From: Antedon mediterranea
Lineage: Eukaryota; Animalia; Echinodermata
Length of the DNA: 64,000 nt
NCBI RefSeq assembly: GCF_964355755.1
Contig: NC_092680.1
Location: forward strand, 7,998,001 to 8,062,000
Direction: 5' to 3'
Shown here: positions 12,866 to 24,892 of the stretch, in pieces
Layout of the letters: every line of letters begins with the position of its first letter
Numbering within the stretch: position 1 is the first letter of the stretch
Translations under genes and position numbers: made by a program
The notes under the pieces: model-generated
Database searches by the model: none
Told to the model about the DNA's origin: nothing
The model's input: the letters and a program-made list of their open reading frames with translations, nothing else

Positions 12866-15800
12866 CTATCTTGGCTTTGGAAGCGCTGGTGGTGCTTCAT
12901 ACTCTGATGGTTGTTTCAAATCCATATACCCTCCATTATCAATGCTATCATATGGAATTTCTTCATAAATTTCAGAGCTGGGTGATGTAAGCGCAGTGTA
13001 GTCATCCGTAGAGTCCCTAGCGGTGTAATTGGGTGAAGGCTGGAGATAATAATCAGAGGCGGGGGCTGCTGGGTTGTTATGTGGAAGTGCTTGCGGTTGC
13101 ACTGGCGGCTTCTTCGGTCCATTCGGCTGCTGATAGGTGTTGTTATTCAGTTTTTTCTCAGTTACTGGTTTGCCTTTTAGTCCAATTTCGACGGGTACCC
13201 TTGCTTGAGATCGTCGTTCAGTTTTTCGTCTATTAAATAGTTAAAATGTATCAATATTATTGATATACAAAGATCTACGTTAGTAATACCAATTTATACT
13301 GGTTGGAATACGCCATGTTGAAACCCTACAGTGGAACCTCTACTTTTTGGCCCCCTATTCAAGGAACATCCCAATAATTATTAAGGACGCCTTGTGAAAC
13401 AAACGATCGAGCAGCAAAATATGTTTTAACACTATAATATGGCCAACCCATATCCCTTTTCTGGAGACATCTCTATTAGGAGGACACTGTGTTGGGTACC
13501 AATGTTGTCCTTTATTAATAAGTGTTCTGAACAGATTAAAACAACAAGCAGGTTAAGTGAATGGAACATATAAAATATAATGTAACCTTGCTATAGACGC
13601 TACAACGATGAGAATGATAATCACAACAAATACTGCAGCACCGATGGCAACGTAAATGATTATACTATCTGAAAATAAAACAGAACTAAATGTGAGCATG
13701 CAGGAAATCATCTAGTTTCTCTTCTAAACCTAAAATATTCTGATTTGGAAGTTAGTCTAAACCCGAAACTACTATAGCAAATTTTGGTTTACAAATACGA
13801 TCGAGTAAAGCCTACTAGTGTAGACTATGCTTAAAACCCGACATTTCTTGAACTCGAGCACTCCGACAAAGTCAAGAAAAGTGTAGACGAGTTGACAAGC
13901 ATAGGCCTACCTACACTAGCAAATTTGACTTTGCAAACGTCGAGAAAACTTCGAATTTGGTCAAGTTGTTACTAGTGTAGATTATACTTAAAACAATGAT
14001 TAGTATTATGTATTCGTGACCGTACCTTCTGATCCTTGTTGTGGCGCTGCGTCAGTCGGTGGTGGATTTTCATTGCTATTGCCACCACCTCCTCCGCCAT
14101 CATTACCTAAAAGAGTTGATGTTTAAAATTAGTAATACAGTGGATCCTCCTTATACCAAATAATAAAAACTACCAGTATCAGAAGGCAATGTGCAGCAGA
14201 AGTCCCGGTAAGAAAGAATGCCATCTTTATAGATACAGTACTGATAATCGGATGGTTTAAATCTACAAGGCCTAATGTATATCATTTTCACTTCCTTGTG
14301 ATCAACTATTTAACACATTCAATTAGATGGAAGTAAGTTACTGCATATTGTTATTTATCCAAAACTCACAATGAAGTTCTGAAAAATGACGCACGAAGAC
14401 ATACAAAGACAAAGAACGTTATTCCATCGAAGGGTTAATACATCTATGGTTGTGTGAACAAAACAATGAATGGATGGTAACACAAGACCCATGGTACTAG
14501 GACGCATTATTTTTTTTCCTATGAGGTTAAGGCAGAAAACATGAATAATTCATATAGCGCCTTCTATAACGTCCCATATTATGTCATAATTATTCTAATG
14601 AATTATTCATGATTTCTGCCTTAACCTTATAGGGAAACAAATAATGCTACCAAATTACAATTTCAATCTTCCCTGGTGGTACGAGTACGGTACGAGTACG
14701 GTGAGTAAGTAGGAGGGAAAAAAAGTACGAGACGAAATAGGATGGAAAGTGTTGTGCTAAGAAATATTTTACATTACGATGTGAATAACTGGTGTTAGAA
14801 GACGGTTATGTGCAGATTGAACGTTGCTTTAATGTGCAAACACTTTATCAATCGAAACACCAACGACAAATGTAATTTTTTTTTCTAACCATCTTTTATA
14901 GTAGTAACTGCAAAGTCAGTTACGTCACCGTTATTGTCCTCACTACTGTCATTTTCTGAAATGATTTAATAAATCTTAAACCCCATTTACAATTACGATT
15001 TGCCATGGTCTGGCCCAAATTGTAAGTATACATTTAAGTTTTAAATAAACAATATCTGTATAAATTTCCTGATTAGTATATACCTTACACGTCTTCAACA
15101 GATCCATCTCTATAACATTCATCATTAAATAATATTTAACTGAATACTGACAGTTATTATAATATAGATGTGTAAAAGTGGACACATATCTAACTAGTCA
15201 GTATTCAAATGGAAGCTGCAGAATCGATTGATATTTGTATGAAATTATTTGATGTCAAGCAAAAATAACGATGTCTCTTAATCGTGAACAATTTTTTTTC
15301 TCAGCAACAAAGCAGGGAAATCCCCCAAAATACATGAGGCCTAAATGCACACTGTACCTGTTATAATATATTTCGGTATCTTTTCTTCATCAAAAAGTAC
15401 ATAAAACAATTCATGGCAGTATAAACTGAATTGCGAACTGAGTAGTTAAATACAATATACAAAATATACAGAATTAAACAAAATGAGCAATATGAGGATT
15501 AATACAATAGTTAAGTTACGGTACATAGTCAATTGATTAGTAGAAAAATATCTTTAAAAATATATAATGTTTAAATATTCCAAATAAAGATTGACTGCTA
15601 GCATCAACATTCCTTTTATCAACGAGTAGTAATGTACTGTAGTTTTCATTTTCATAGAATAATGGTTCATAATAATACAATATTCAATGTTCTAACCTGG
15701 TATATCACCACAGTGCTCTCCTTGCCAGTTCTGAGTACATTCGCAAACCGCTTGATAGTATTCATCTATATAGCAAGTACCTCCGTTTTCACAATGGAAT

Positions 15801-18800
15801 TCGTCACATGGATCAAACCATGGATAATAACTAGATACCCATGGATAATCCTCGAAAGCGTAATCTACAATTAAATATGATCACGATATGATCACATATT
15901 ATTAATAATTATAATTATTATATTTATTAATAAATTGAATATTGATGAAATGGAATTCTTTTCAGAACGATCTCCGTTTTATCTGAAACATCCTCGGCTC
16001 ATACGATTTGTTAAAAGATTCTAAAAATATTTTATTGTATGTTTTCTTTTTGTCATAAAATTTACAACAGTATAATGCAGTAATTTACCTTCAAATTCTA
16101 CAGCACATTTAATTGCTACGTACTCAATGCATATTTCTTTCATGTGTTCGCATGCAAGAAGGTATCCTTCGTTGCCTTCACAGTCGAAATTTGTATATAT
16201 TTGGTTTGCATAAAATGCAGGGTTTGTATATGTTGTAAAGTTTACTGCATATAAAAAGCCTAATTGGCGGCATGCAACAGTCGTATCTTCAATGTCCCAC
16301 CTGAAAATAGGTGGATATATGATTATGTATTTTTATAGCTGAGAGGAAGAATCAATCATTTCATTTTCAGAATTCAAAGATATATAGTACTGTATCGTTA
16401 CATTTTATTTTATATGTATGTATATTTTTTTTATCAACTTGTACATTTAAAACTCTTTTGTGATTATATTTTTTTTCAAAAGGGTCTTACGAATACAGAA
16501 AATTACTTGGATTCCTGTAACAATGTAAATATTTATATTGCTAAATAAATGTGAATTTTGCGACAAAGAACATCAAGCTACGTTATTGATTTGTATAGCA
16601 ATTTAATCGCCGTTAATTTAAAAAACTAAATTGTCTTGATCTCATTTCTGAATAGACTGATGCTGTACTATAGTGCACCTTAACGTTTCGATATACGATT
16701 TTGTTATGGCAAAGAATAAACGTGTTTTACCCATTAGCACAAATAGGCTTCCATTGACCGTTATCCCTTATTGCTAAGTTTTCGTCGTTCACGTTATCTG
16801 CAGAGTCTAAACGTATTTTCTTAAATGGTTCTAAAAAACATTAACACATTAGAAGGATAACAACTATTTTTAATAAAGGAAGTGTATATTGATATATAGG
16901 CATATATATAGGTCTACTCTAAACATGAGAGTTTAGAAAGAAGGGTGATGAAACTGAGAGGACTAGGGAGTAACATGTAGAGAATAGAGACTGAAGAATT
17001 GGGTGTGCCTAACACAGTGCCTTGTATTGGAAGATAAGTTTTTAGACTGTTTATGAAGGAAAAATAATAATATAACAGTACTATGGAATGTTAGAGAGAA
17101 GAAGTAATGGGAACTTTAAGTTATCTATAAAGGTTACTGGGTAATTAGAATTGTATTATTTACCGTCACATTTATCAAATTATGTTAAGCTTAGACCTAC
17201 TGTAGGGTTATGCGTATGGCCTATGATACAGGCTGCACTTGTGATAAATTTGCTTATTGATCTGAATAAATTATAGATACAGAATAGAGGTTTCACATGG
17301 AACACCGATACCTTAAATAAATACCAAGAATGATAAAATATCCTATTGGATAGTCGATCATACATATCACACTTACCTGAATATTCAACATCTTCGCATT
17401 CGACTATAACTCCTTGATTATTACACGTTCCTTCATTATTCTCACAGTCGAATATATTTTCTTCATCACCGTATTCACAGTCAACGTTCCATAAAATCGG
17501 ATTCCCAGGTGGGTCACTTTCTTCGTACACACGAACTGCCCAACCGTAGTTCAATTGACGACAAATGACGTCGGCGTCTATGATATCAAATTCGTTGCTA
17601 CAAATGTATCCCCATTGACTGCTACCATCGGGTTTTACTTCTACAAGTCCGATATTTTCATTAGGTCCATAATATGTTAATTGCACTAGTGAATGATAAA
17701 ACAATTTAATTATGACAAATAATGTTGTATATAGACCTTTGTGTTGGTCATAACGTCCAATAGTAACTGTTGAAACTAGATATAAAAATTAAGCAAATAT
17801 AATAATTAATATCATTACAAACTATTACCAGTAAAGAGTGAATCCTAGCTATTACTTATTAATTTTTATATCTGATGGTAATAAAAAATGATGAGTGATC
17901 AACGAATTAAGGTACATTCTATGATATAATGACGAGTCCACTCCACGAACAAGGTAACACGTACATTTGTGTTGGGTACAGTTAGGAGATCAGAGAACGT
18001 TTTTTACAAAACTCAACAATGATTAGGGATTATGGATTAGAGATTAAATACAGTATTGTCTTCTCAAAGTCAATTTTAAGTAAAAACGTTAACATTATTT
18101 AACCGTAGTTCATACAATAGAGTTTCTTAAATTCAAGCTGAATTCTTACACAAAAGCTGCTGTAACTTAAGTAGTATAGGCAGTGGCGTAACACAGTGGG
18201 CAAATACTCTGGTACTCCAAAGGGGCCGTCCAACGCCGGGGAATTGTATTGGACTGCTCGTGCTCTGGACCCTTTAGGCTCTGGGGCCCCTAGGTTTAGC
18301 CAGTTAGCGCTCAAAGCCGTTACGCCACTGAGTATAGGTTACTATAATTAATACTAGTGTTAACGATTTTGCTGGTAATACATATAAAGGGCCTAATTAA
18401 AAAATAAAGAATTCTTTTTTTTTAATGTTAAAAGGGAATAGATGTAATACATTAAATGACTACGAAACAGTACATATAAAACCCATAAATCATCATAATT
18501 GTTATTTTGAACTAATAGTAAATACATTGTTTGGTCACTGGTTATATAACAGTAGTTGAATTAAAGAATCAAGTCATAGAACGATGCTCAAATTAATCAC
18601 AATGACATTATTTTTAATTACGGGCTTATTTTTATCTTTTCATTATTCCTTTACCTACCGTATACCTGTTGATTAATAATCTATTTTCGGAATCCAATAG
18701 ACAATGGCTTACAAAACCAGTCATCATGCAGTGTCTATTCACTTCTACAGTTTTTCTATTATTGTGAACATCTACTATATATATATCTTACCCGATCCGC

Positions 18801-18867
18801 CACATGATACTTGAACCGGTATAAATAATACTAGAATACAAGAACAACTAAATACAACATCAAGCAT
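12866..18867 (-). CDS. Type I transmembrane scavenger-receptor-like protein (signal peptide, 2 SRCR, EGF, Gly/Pro stalk, TM, Tyr-rich tail); exons 18792-18867, 17377-17685, 16731-16830, 16089-16300, 15697-15864, possibly 14929-14955, 14026-14106, 13587-13668, 12866-13229
   Basis: GT-AG introns with compatible phases. Signal peptide MLDVVFSCSCILVLFIPVQVSC. SRCR1 GLVEV...WGYIC...ADVICRQL. SRCR2 WKPICANGWDIEDTTVACRQLG...FDCEGNEGYLLAC. EGF CDEFHCENGGTC...CECTQNWQGEHC. TM IIIYVAIGAAVFVVIIILIVVASIA followed by RRK. Confidence 0.87.
18181..18330. mobile_element. hAT-type MITE (150 bp)
   Basis: TIRs cagtggcgtaac / gttacgccactg, with a perfect 8-bp TSD agtatagg at 18173-18180 and 18331-18338. Confidence 0.88.
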
Positions 18868-19377
18868 TCTGTTCTATCTTGTTGGCCTATATTTCACTAA
18901 AACTGGATGAGAATCTGGAAGAGAGATGGCAATTTCCAACTGTGTTGTTTTGTGACAGCATTTTGCCTTCATGCCTGGACGACGAAATTGAATAGATCTC
19001 TTTCATACGATAAACAATTGTAGGTGGTTTGGTAAAGGAGATCAATGCTGCTGTGTCATTGGGCGAGGCATTTTTTTTACGTGATTAGTGTTCACTGAAC
19101 GGCAATTAATTGACAGGTGCACTATTTTGAAGTCTTTAGTGTTGTCATATTACGTAAGGCTATTCATTTCACAACGTCCCTGACGATTACAATTCAAAGT
19201 TGATGTATTCAACTTCTATAACAATGTAGTATCTTTTATTGTTTTTTTCCTTTAAAAAGTAAAGTAAATTTTATCAAAAATTCCTTCATTTCTACGACTA
19301 ATAATAAAATAACAATTACGATTTTGTTAGTAGGCCTATTTATTGTTCTTTTTCCCTCTTATTGAGGGTCGTCTTAA

Positions 19378-20362
19378 AGATTGTATTGTCCTCTAAAAAC
19401 ATGAAAAGCTAAAAAGCCACTCCGAGAGTGCATACCTCCGCCTACTGTAAAATTCTCTTACATAAGATTTCTCCGGAAAAAAAAAAATATATTTGTGTGT
19501 GTCTTGGTGCTGTTTGTGATTTAGGCCAATTTCACTACAAGCATGTGTATGCGAGTTTGGTGTAATGGTTATGTAACAAGCCTTTCAATTAACAATAGCT
19601 TCAGTTGACTAACAATAGAACAGCAACGCGAAAATCAAACGAGTAAATTTGAAAAGAAATAGGTTTTTTAAACTACTCGCATCAAAAAAACGTGCACATT
19701 AAATCAAATTATGTTTTAAAATTACAAATCACAAATTATAACTCTTGCCTCTTGTACAAAATGAAGTTTTTTGGACAAGTAGTTCTCGAGAAAATGCAAT
19801 TTCAGTTTACTTGTTACTTTAAGAAGACTGCTCGCCGGCTTTTGAAAAATTCTGATCTATCTTTTAACACTAGCAGGTCTGAAAAGTATACTAATAAGTG
19901 GTCCAGAATTGATCCCAAATTTTAATGGAATGGTCCTTGACCATATCTATCTGTATATTTATTTTGGTAAAGATCTTGTAATTACTTTTTGAGTAATCCT
20001 GCTATAACAAACAAACAAACAAACAAACACACGCTACCGATTACATATACCTCCTTGGCGGAGGTAAATGAAGATAAATTAAGTTAGACTTTGAATAGGT
20101 TAGTTTCAAGTAGTTTTAATCACTTCTGTAGAAAAAAAACCGAAAGAAATAATGTTTTCACTTATAAAATGGCAAAATAAATGGTTAAAATCAACCAAAA
20201 AATCATTGGCTGGCAGCTTTAAATTACATTTTTTTCAGGTAAATAATTTTTTTTCGATCTAATTTTTGGTCAAGTAACTACTGTAACTATCATCATGTGA
20301 CATTAAAATGGTATCAACAACAAAAATTTCAATAATTTTTTTTTCAGGGGGACAATACGTCT
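19378..20362. mobile_element. Kolobok-like non-autonomous DNA transposon (TTAA target) with nested Helentron-type element
   Basis: Ends ttaa|agattgtattgtcc ... gggggacaatacgtct|ttaa, matching the termini of the element at 55500-58794. Confidence 0.65.
19409..20067 (-). mobile_element. Helentron-associated non-autonomous element (HINE/DINE-1-like), copy 1
   Basis: Minus strand reads ttacctccgccaaggagg, then a (TTTG)n microsatellite, then ggcggagg plus the stem-loop gcactctcggagtg. Same architecture as 24008-24607. Confidence 0.7.
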
Positions 20363-20939
20363 TTAAAAATTATACAATGTTAAATTAAAATAAAGCAACG
20401 CAATAATAATATTAAGAATTGTTGTAAGTTGTAAGAATTAGAGTAGTGGGTTAATATTACTAATCTTAAATTAGGCATCTGAAAATAGTAACCCACCCCG
20501 GTTAGCAACTCATAAGAAAATAATAAAACAGTACAAAAATTTTATAAACTCAAAAACACTCAATCCTCCTCCACTCCCGAGATAAACATGCATTATCTCC
20601 TTATTTTCAAAATACGGCTGCATCCTAAGTTTTTGTGACTCTAATTATAGTAACCCCCCTGGGTTACTATTAGAGTAGTGGGTTATTATTATAGATTGAC
20701 TTATAAGGTGAGTTACTATTAGAAGGGGGTTACTATTAGAAGATTAACGGTAAGTACCAAAAGCTAAAATGTGGGCTTTCAATTTGCGTCCCATACCTTC
20801 CTCAAAAGTGCAATCGCGAAGTGTTGTAGTCTCCAGTCCAGACCGTATAACCGTACCAATACCACACATGTGTAAGGTCGAATAAGCCAGCCCAAAAGCT
20901 GCATTTAACTTCGTGAATGGGCATTATTCTGTTTCCATA

Positions 20940-23900
20940 ATGTTGACAGTAATATTTCACATCAATACCTTACGGTTTGCTGTACCAGCCGCGGCGTTAA
21001 TGGGCCTTGGGCCTCAGTATTTAACGCTAATCGTAGGCTGGAGGCTAGCCTCTGTCCTGATGCCAACGAGATGGTTCCGCGCGGGGGACGATTGTATTTG
21101 GGGAACGTATCAGCGTTTTATCGAGTTCTTTTTTGAACATTTTACTGGAGTTGAGGTAGGCTGAAAAAAGGTTATGTTAGTATAATAATTAATAATTAAA
21201 TTATTACACAGTGTGTAGGCGCGCAGCCTAAAAACGCGTTTGTCGTTGGTGGCGGGGTTGGCGAAGAACAGTGTGCAGTATAAGAGAGAGGGCGGTGTTT
21301 GAAACGCTGTATGGAACGTCTAAGTTGCCTACGATAATAAATAATATAAAAAAACATGAGAAAACTGTTATAATTTATTGTTAATAATAATTGCATGTTA
21401 TATTTATGGAAAGTCTGTTTTTTTTAGGTTGTGTTGTCTGGTGATGTTGATGATTTAAAGAAGGAGAATGTACTGTATTTATCCAACCATCAAAGTACAA
21501 TGGATTGGATCGTGGCAGACATGCTTGCTATTCGTACAGGTTGCCTTGGCCGAATGCGATATGTCTTAAAGGATGGCTTGAAATATATGCCATTATATGG
21601 CTTCTACTTTGGATTGGTAACTAATTGTAAAACCTATTGTATATCACAAATTTAATAAGTGATTAATCTTATATTTTGTGAGGAAAAAAAATAAATTGGC
21701 TTGTTCACTTGCTTACAATAATTTTTTTTTAATGCAGCATGGATGTTTGTATGTGAAGAGAAGTAACAAGTTTAATGAACGTAATATTAACAGATGTAAA
21801 CGTCAGCTGGCAAGCTTTGAACATCATAAAACGCCTGTAAGAAATAGATTTATAAATACTTGATTAACAACATATGTATTTTGATTATACATTATCACTG
21901 TAACAACAATTGACTATTTTGATTGATTCTCTATCTGAACTAATAAATGTATAGTCCAGTTGACAGTCATTACTTACTTTTGTACAATTTATACAAACTG
22001 AAATGTCCAATTACAAAGCAAATACTTTACAGGTCTGGATGGTAATCTTTCCGGAAGGAACAAGATACAACCCAGAGAAAAAGAAAGCATTAGAATTAAG
22101 CCAGGATTTTGCAAGAAGCAAAGGTAAAAATTTGAAATAAATCATCATTACAACAACAATCTTAATAATTTGAGGTTCCCGCTATTCCAAGTTATCCTTC
22201 CACCTCCCACTAAGGTTTAATTTTTCTCCGTTCTTTTGGATATGTGGAAAAACATCGTGATTTGTAAACATTTTTTATTTAGGCTCAGCTACATGTAGTT
22301 TGTTACCTAAAGATGAAAAATGCATTTCCCCACTTTTCCATGTCAGAAAAACACAACCATACACATCCAAATAGTTTCATAAATTCTCCCGATATTCAAC
22401 TTTTCCAAGTTTTGACCTCTGTCAAAATCATCAGCCATTTTCAGTCTACAGCATGCCATTGTATTATTTATATATGTATAAATTAAACACATCAGGCAAA
22501 GAACATTAATTCTAAACCGCCCGGTGATATACTGAAATTTAATTAATTAATTTGAAACGATAAAGATGAGAAAATCTGTAAGAATGAGAAAAAGTCGCCC
22601 CAACCGAGACTCGAACTCGAACCGCCTGCTTGATATGCAGATGTCCTAACCATTAGACCACTGGGGCTTTCATGATATTGTTCAAACTCGATTGGATAGC
22701 GACTCTTTAACATTCTCGGGGTGGTACGACGGAACAGCACTAGTCCTCAGTTGTATAAATTAAACATGACGTAAATCTCCGTCATCTACACTATCAAACT
22801 TTATGTGACAAAAATATCACTACCATATTTGGGAACATCTTTTTAGTTTGATAGTGTAGACAAAGCTTAAAACAGTATTTTGCTAACCAGATGTATATTT
22901 TTTATTTCAGATTTATCCATACTTCATAATGTATTATCACCGAGGTATCGTGCAACAAATCTATGTATCCAGGGTCTACGAAAGCACTATGATGCAATAT
23001 ACGATGTTACAATAGCATATGGAGGTACAGGTGAAGAGGTAGAAGGACAAGTTAGTAAAGTTACTAGGCAAAAAGCACCATCAATTCCAGGTAGGATCAT
23101 ACATTTCTTATTACGATAGATCAGTGTTATCTCATTGTAGGTCTCATGACAATTTTTATTATAGGATTTTCTTATTTGCCTGTATGCTTTTGAATCTTTT
23201 GATGTTTTTTCATTATCATGTTTTTTTATGCTTTTTTTATATTTAATCTTAAGAGCTTTGTCTGTGTACAAACAACAAGTTTTAAATATTTGTCAATAAA
23301 TTCTGTGCAAGCAGCGCAATCATTATGCTTGTCACAGCCATAGGGTAAAACAACTTTATTTATGTTCATTGTCCCAAATGTTAGCCTTTGTAAATGAAAT
23401 TTGTTTAGTCTTAGCCTATTTTTATATATATTTTTATACCTGAATAAAATAAAATAAAATAGTTGTAATATATCAACTGGAGGTTCTGTGACTGCATGGA
23501 TTAATTATGTCATAAATTATTAATAACTAATTTTATTTTGTTCGATATCCAATCTCAAATAATTTATGAATGCGCTGCTTGCACACTATTATTAATCTAC
23601 AAAATGGCCTATTCAAGGTTTTATTATAGTCTTCTTAATTCATTTTCATATTTTTTTGGGAAGTATGTCTGTTATCTGTACAGTGAAACAAATATAAATT
23701 TATTTTTCCAGATTATTTGATGGGACAATGTTCACAGGTTCATATTCACCTTAAACGTCGCCCTCTAGAGGATGTACCAGAAGATGAGACTGGAGTTCAT
23801 AAGTGGTTGCATGGAATATTTGAAGAGAAAGACAAGTATGACATTAATATTTTGTTTACATCCAGTATTAGAGATTTAGTATTTATGTAATAAAATAATC

Positions 23901-24892
23901 ATTTTATTCAGAAAACACTTTCATATCAGCGACAAATGCAATATATTAATGGTGCATCCTAAATACAAAACTAATTAAAAAGGAAAATCAAATAAACAAT
24001 AATTAAACTAGAGGGTACTCCGAGAGTACAAACCTCCGCCTACTGTAAAATTCCCCTACATAAAATTCCCCCTGAATATTTTTTTTTTTACATTTTTTGT
24101 TATTAGTTCTAAGTGTAAATATGTTAACTGCACACTACAAATTTGTGGATGACAGTGTGGTGTAATGGTTATGTATCCAGCCTCTCACAGTTGAGATCGC
24201 TGGTTCAAGTCCCACTGAGGTTTTATTTTTTTTTTATTATTTTTTTTTTTATTTTTTTTTTTGTGGACCTTGATCTTTGACCCTGACCCTTCAAAATTTA
24301 ACCACAATTATATGATGTGTCATTGATCATTGTGGCTAAGTTTGGTGAGAATCGGATCAAAACTGTGGTCTCTAGGCAGTAAAATAGTTTTTTGTTAGTT
24401 GTGACCTTGACCTATGACCTTTCCCCCTCAAATTCGAACTCGTCCGAGCTTTTTGGGCATAGATCATTGTGTCCAAATTTGGTTAGAATCGGATAAAAAC
24501 TGTGGCCTCCAGGCTGTTCACAGACACACACACAAACACACACACAAACACACAAACACACACACAAACATACAGGGGTGAAAACATAACCTCCTTGGCG
24601 GAGGTAATTACCTAAAAATTAATATAGACTGAAATATTTAATTACCAATTCAATTCTCTTTTTTCATAGGCTTTTAGAGGAATTTTACTCAAATGATCCT
24701 AACAAGCGAGGTCGTCTGGGTGATAACCCGAGAGTATCCAAGCTAAGCTTATCAAAGACTCTCCCAGCTGTCTTGTTTTCTTGTGGCATTGGTATACCTA
24801 TGCTATTAACACAGCCATGCAGACAAATTTACTGGAAGATTTGGATGTTTGGAACATTGTTTTGTAGCCTCTATATGCGTGTGACAACATGA
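20940..24892 (+). CDS. AGPAT5: 1-acyl-sn-glycerol-3-phosphate acyltransferase epsilon (AGPAT5); exons 20940-21155, 21428-21616, 21738-21836, 22033-22123, 22911-23090, 23712-23835, 24670-24892
   Basis: Motifs YLSNHQSTMDW (HxxxxD), RYVLKDGLKYMPLYG, HGCLYVKR, VIFPEGTRY, VLSPR, DAIYDVT and VHIHLKR. The N-terminus MLTVIFHINTLRFAVPAAALMG resembles AGPAT5. All seven exons join in frame through GT-AG introns to TGA at 24890-24892. Confidence 0.93.
22475..22766 (-). mobile_element. Dispersed repeat with an internal tRNA-like cloverleaf (22596-22667), copy 1, in AGPAT5 intron 4
   Basis: Near-identical to 54891-55150 in the opposite orientation. Bounded by the 15-bp direct repeat tgtataaattaaaca (22475-22489 and 22752-22766). 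Confidence 0.8.
24008..24607 (-). mobile_element. Helentron-associated non-autonomous element (HINE/DINE-1-like), copy 2
   Basis: Minus strand reads ttacctccgccaaggaggttatgttttcacc, then a (TG)n/(TTTG)n microsatellite, ggcggagg, the hairpin gtactctcggagtac and a ctag|tt end. Confidence 0.78.

Noticed and set aside
22543-22740. Similar small ORFs (MLFRRTTPR..., also 54892-55092) as a peptide gene family
   Set aside because: They start at GTG, diverge by a frameshift, and simply overlap the tRNA-like repeat.
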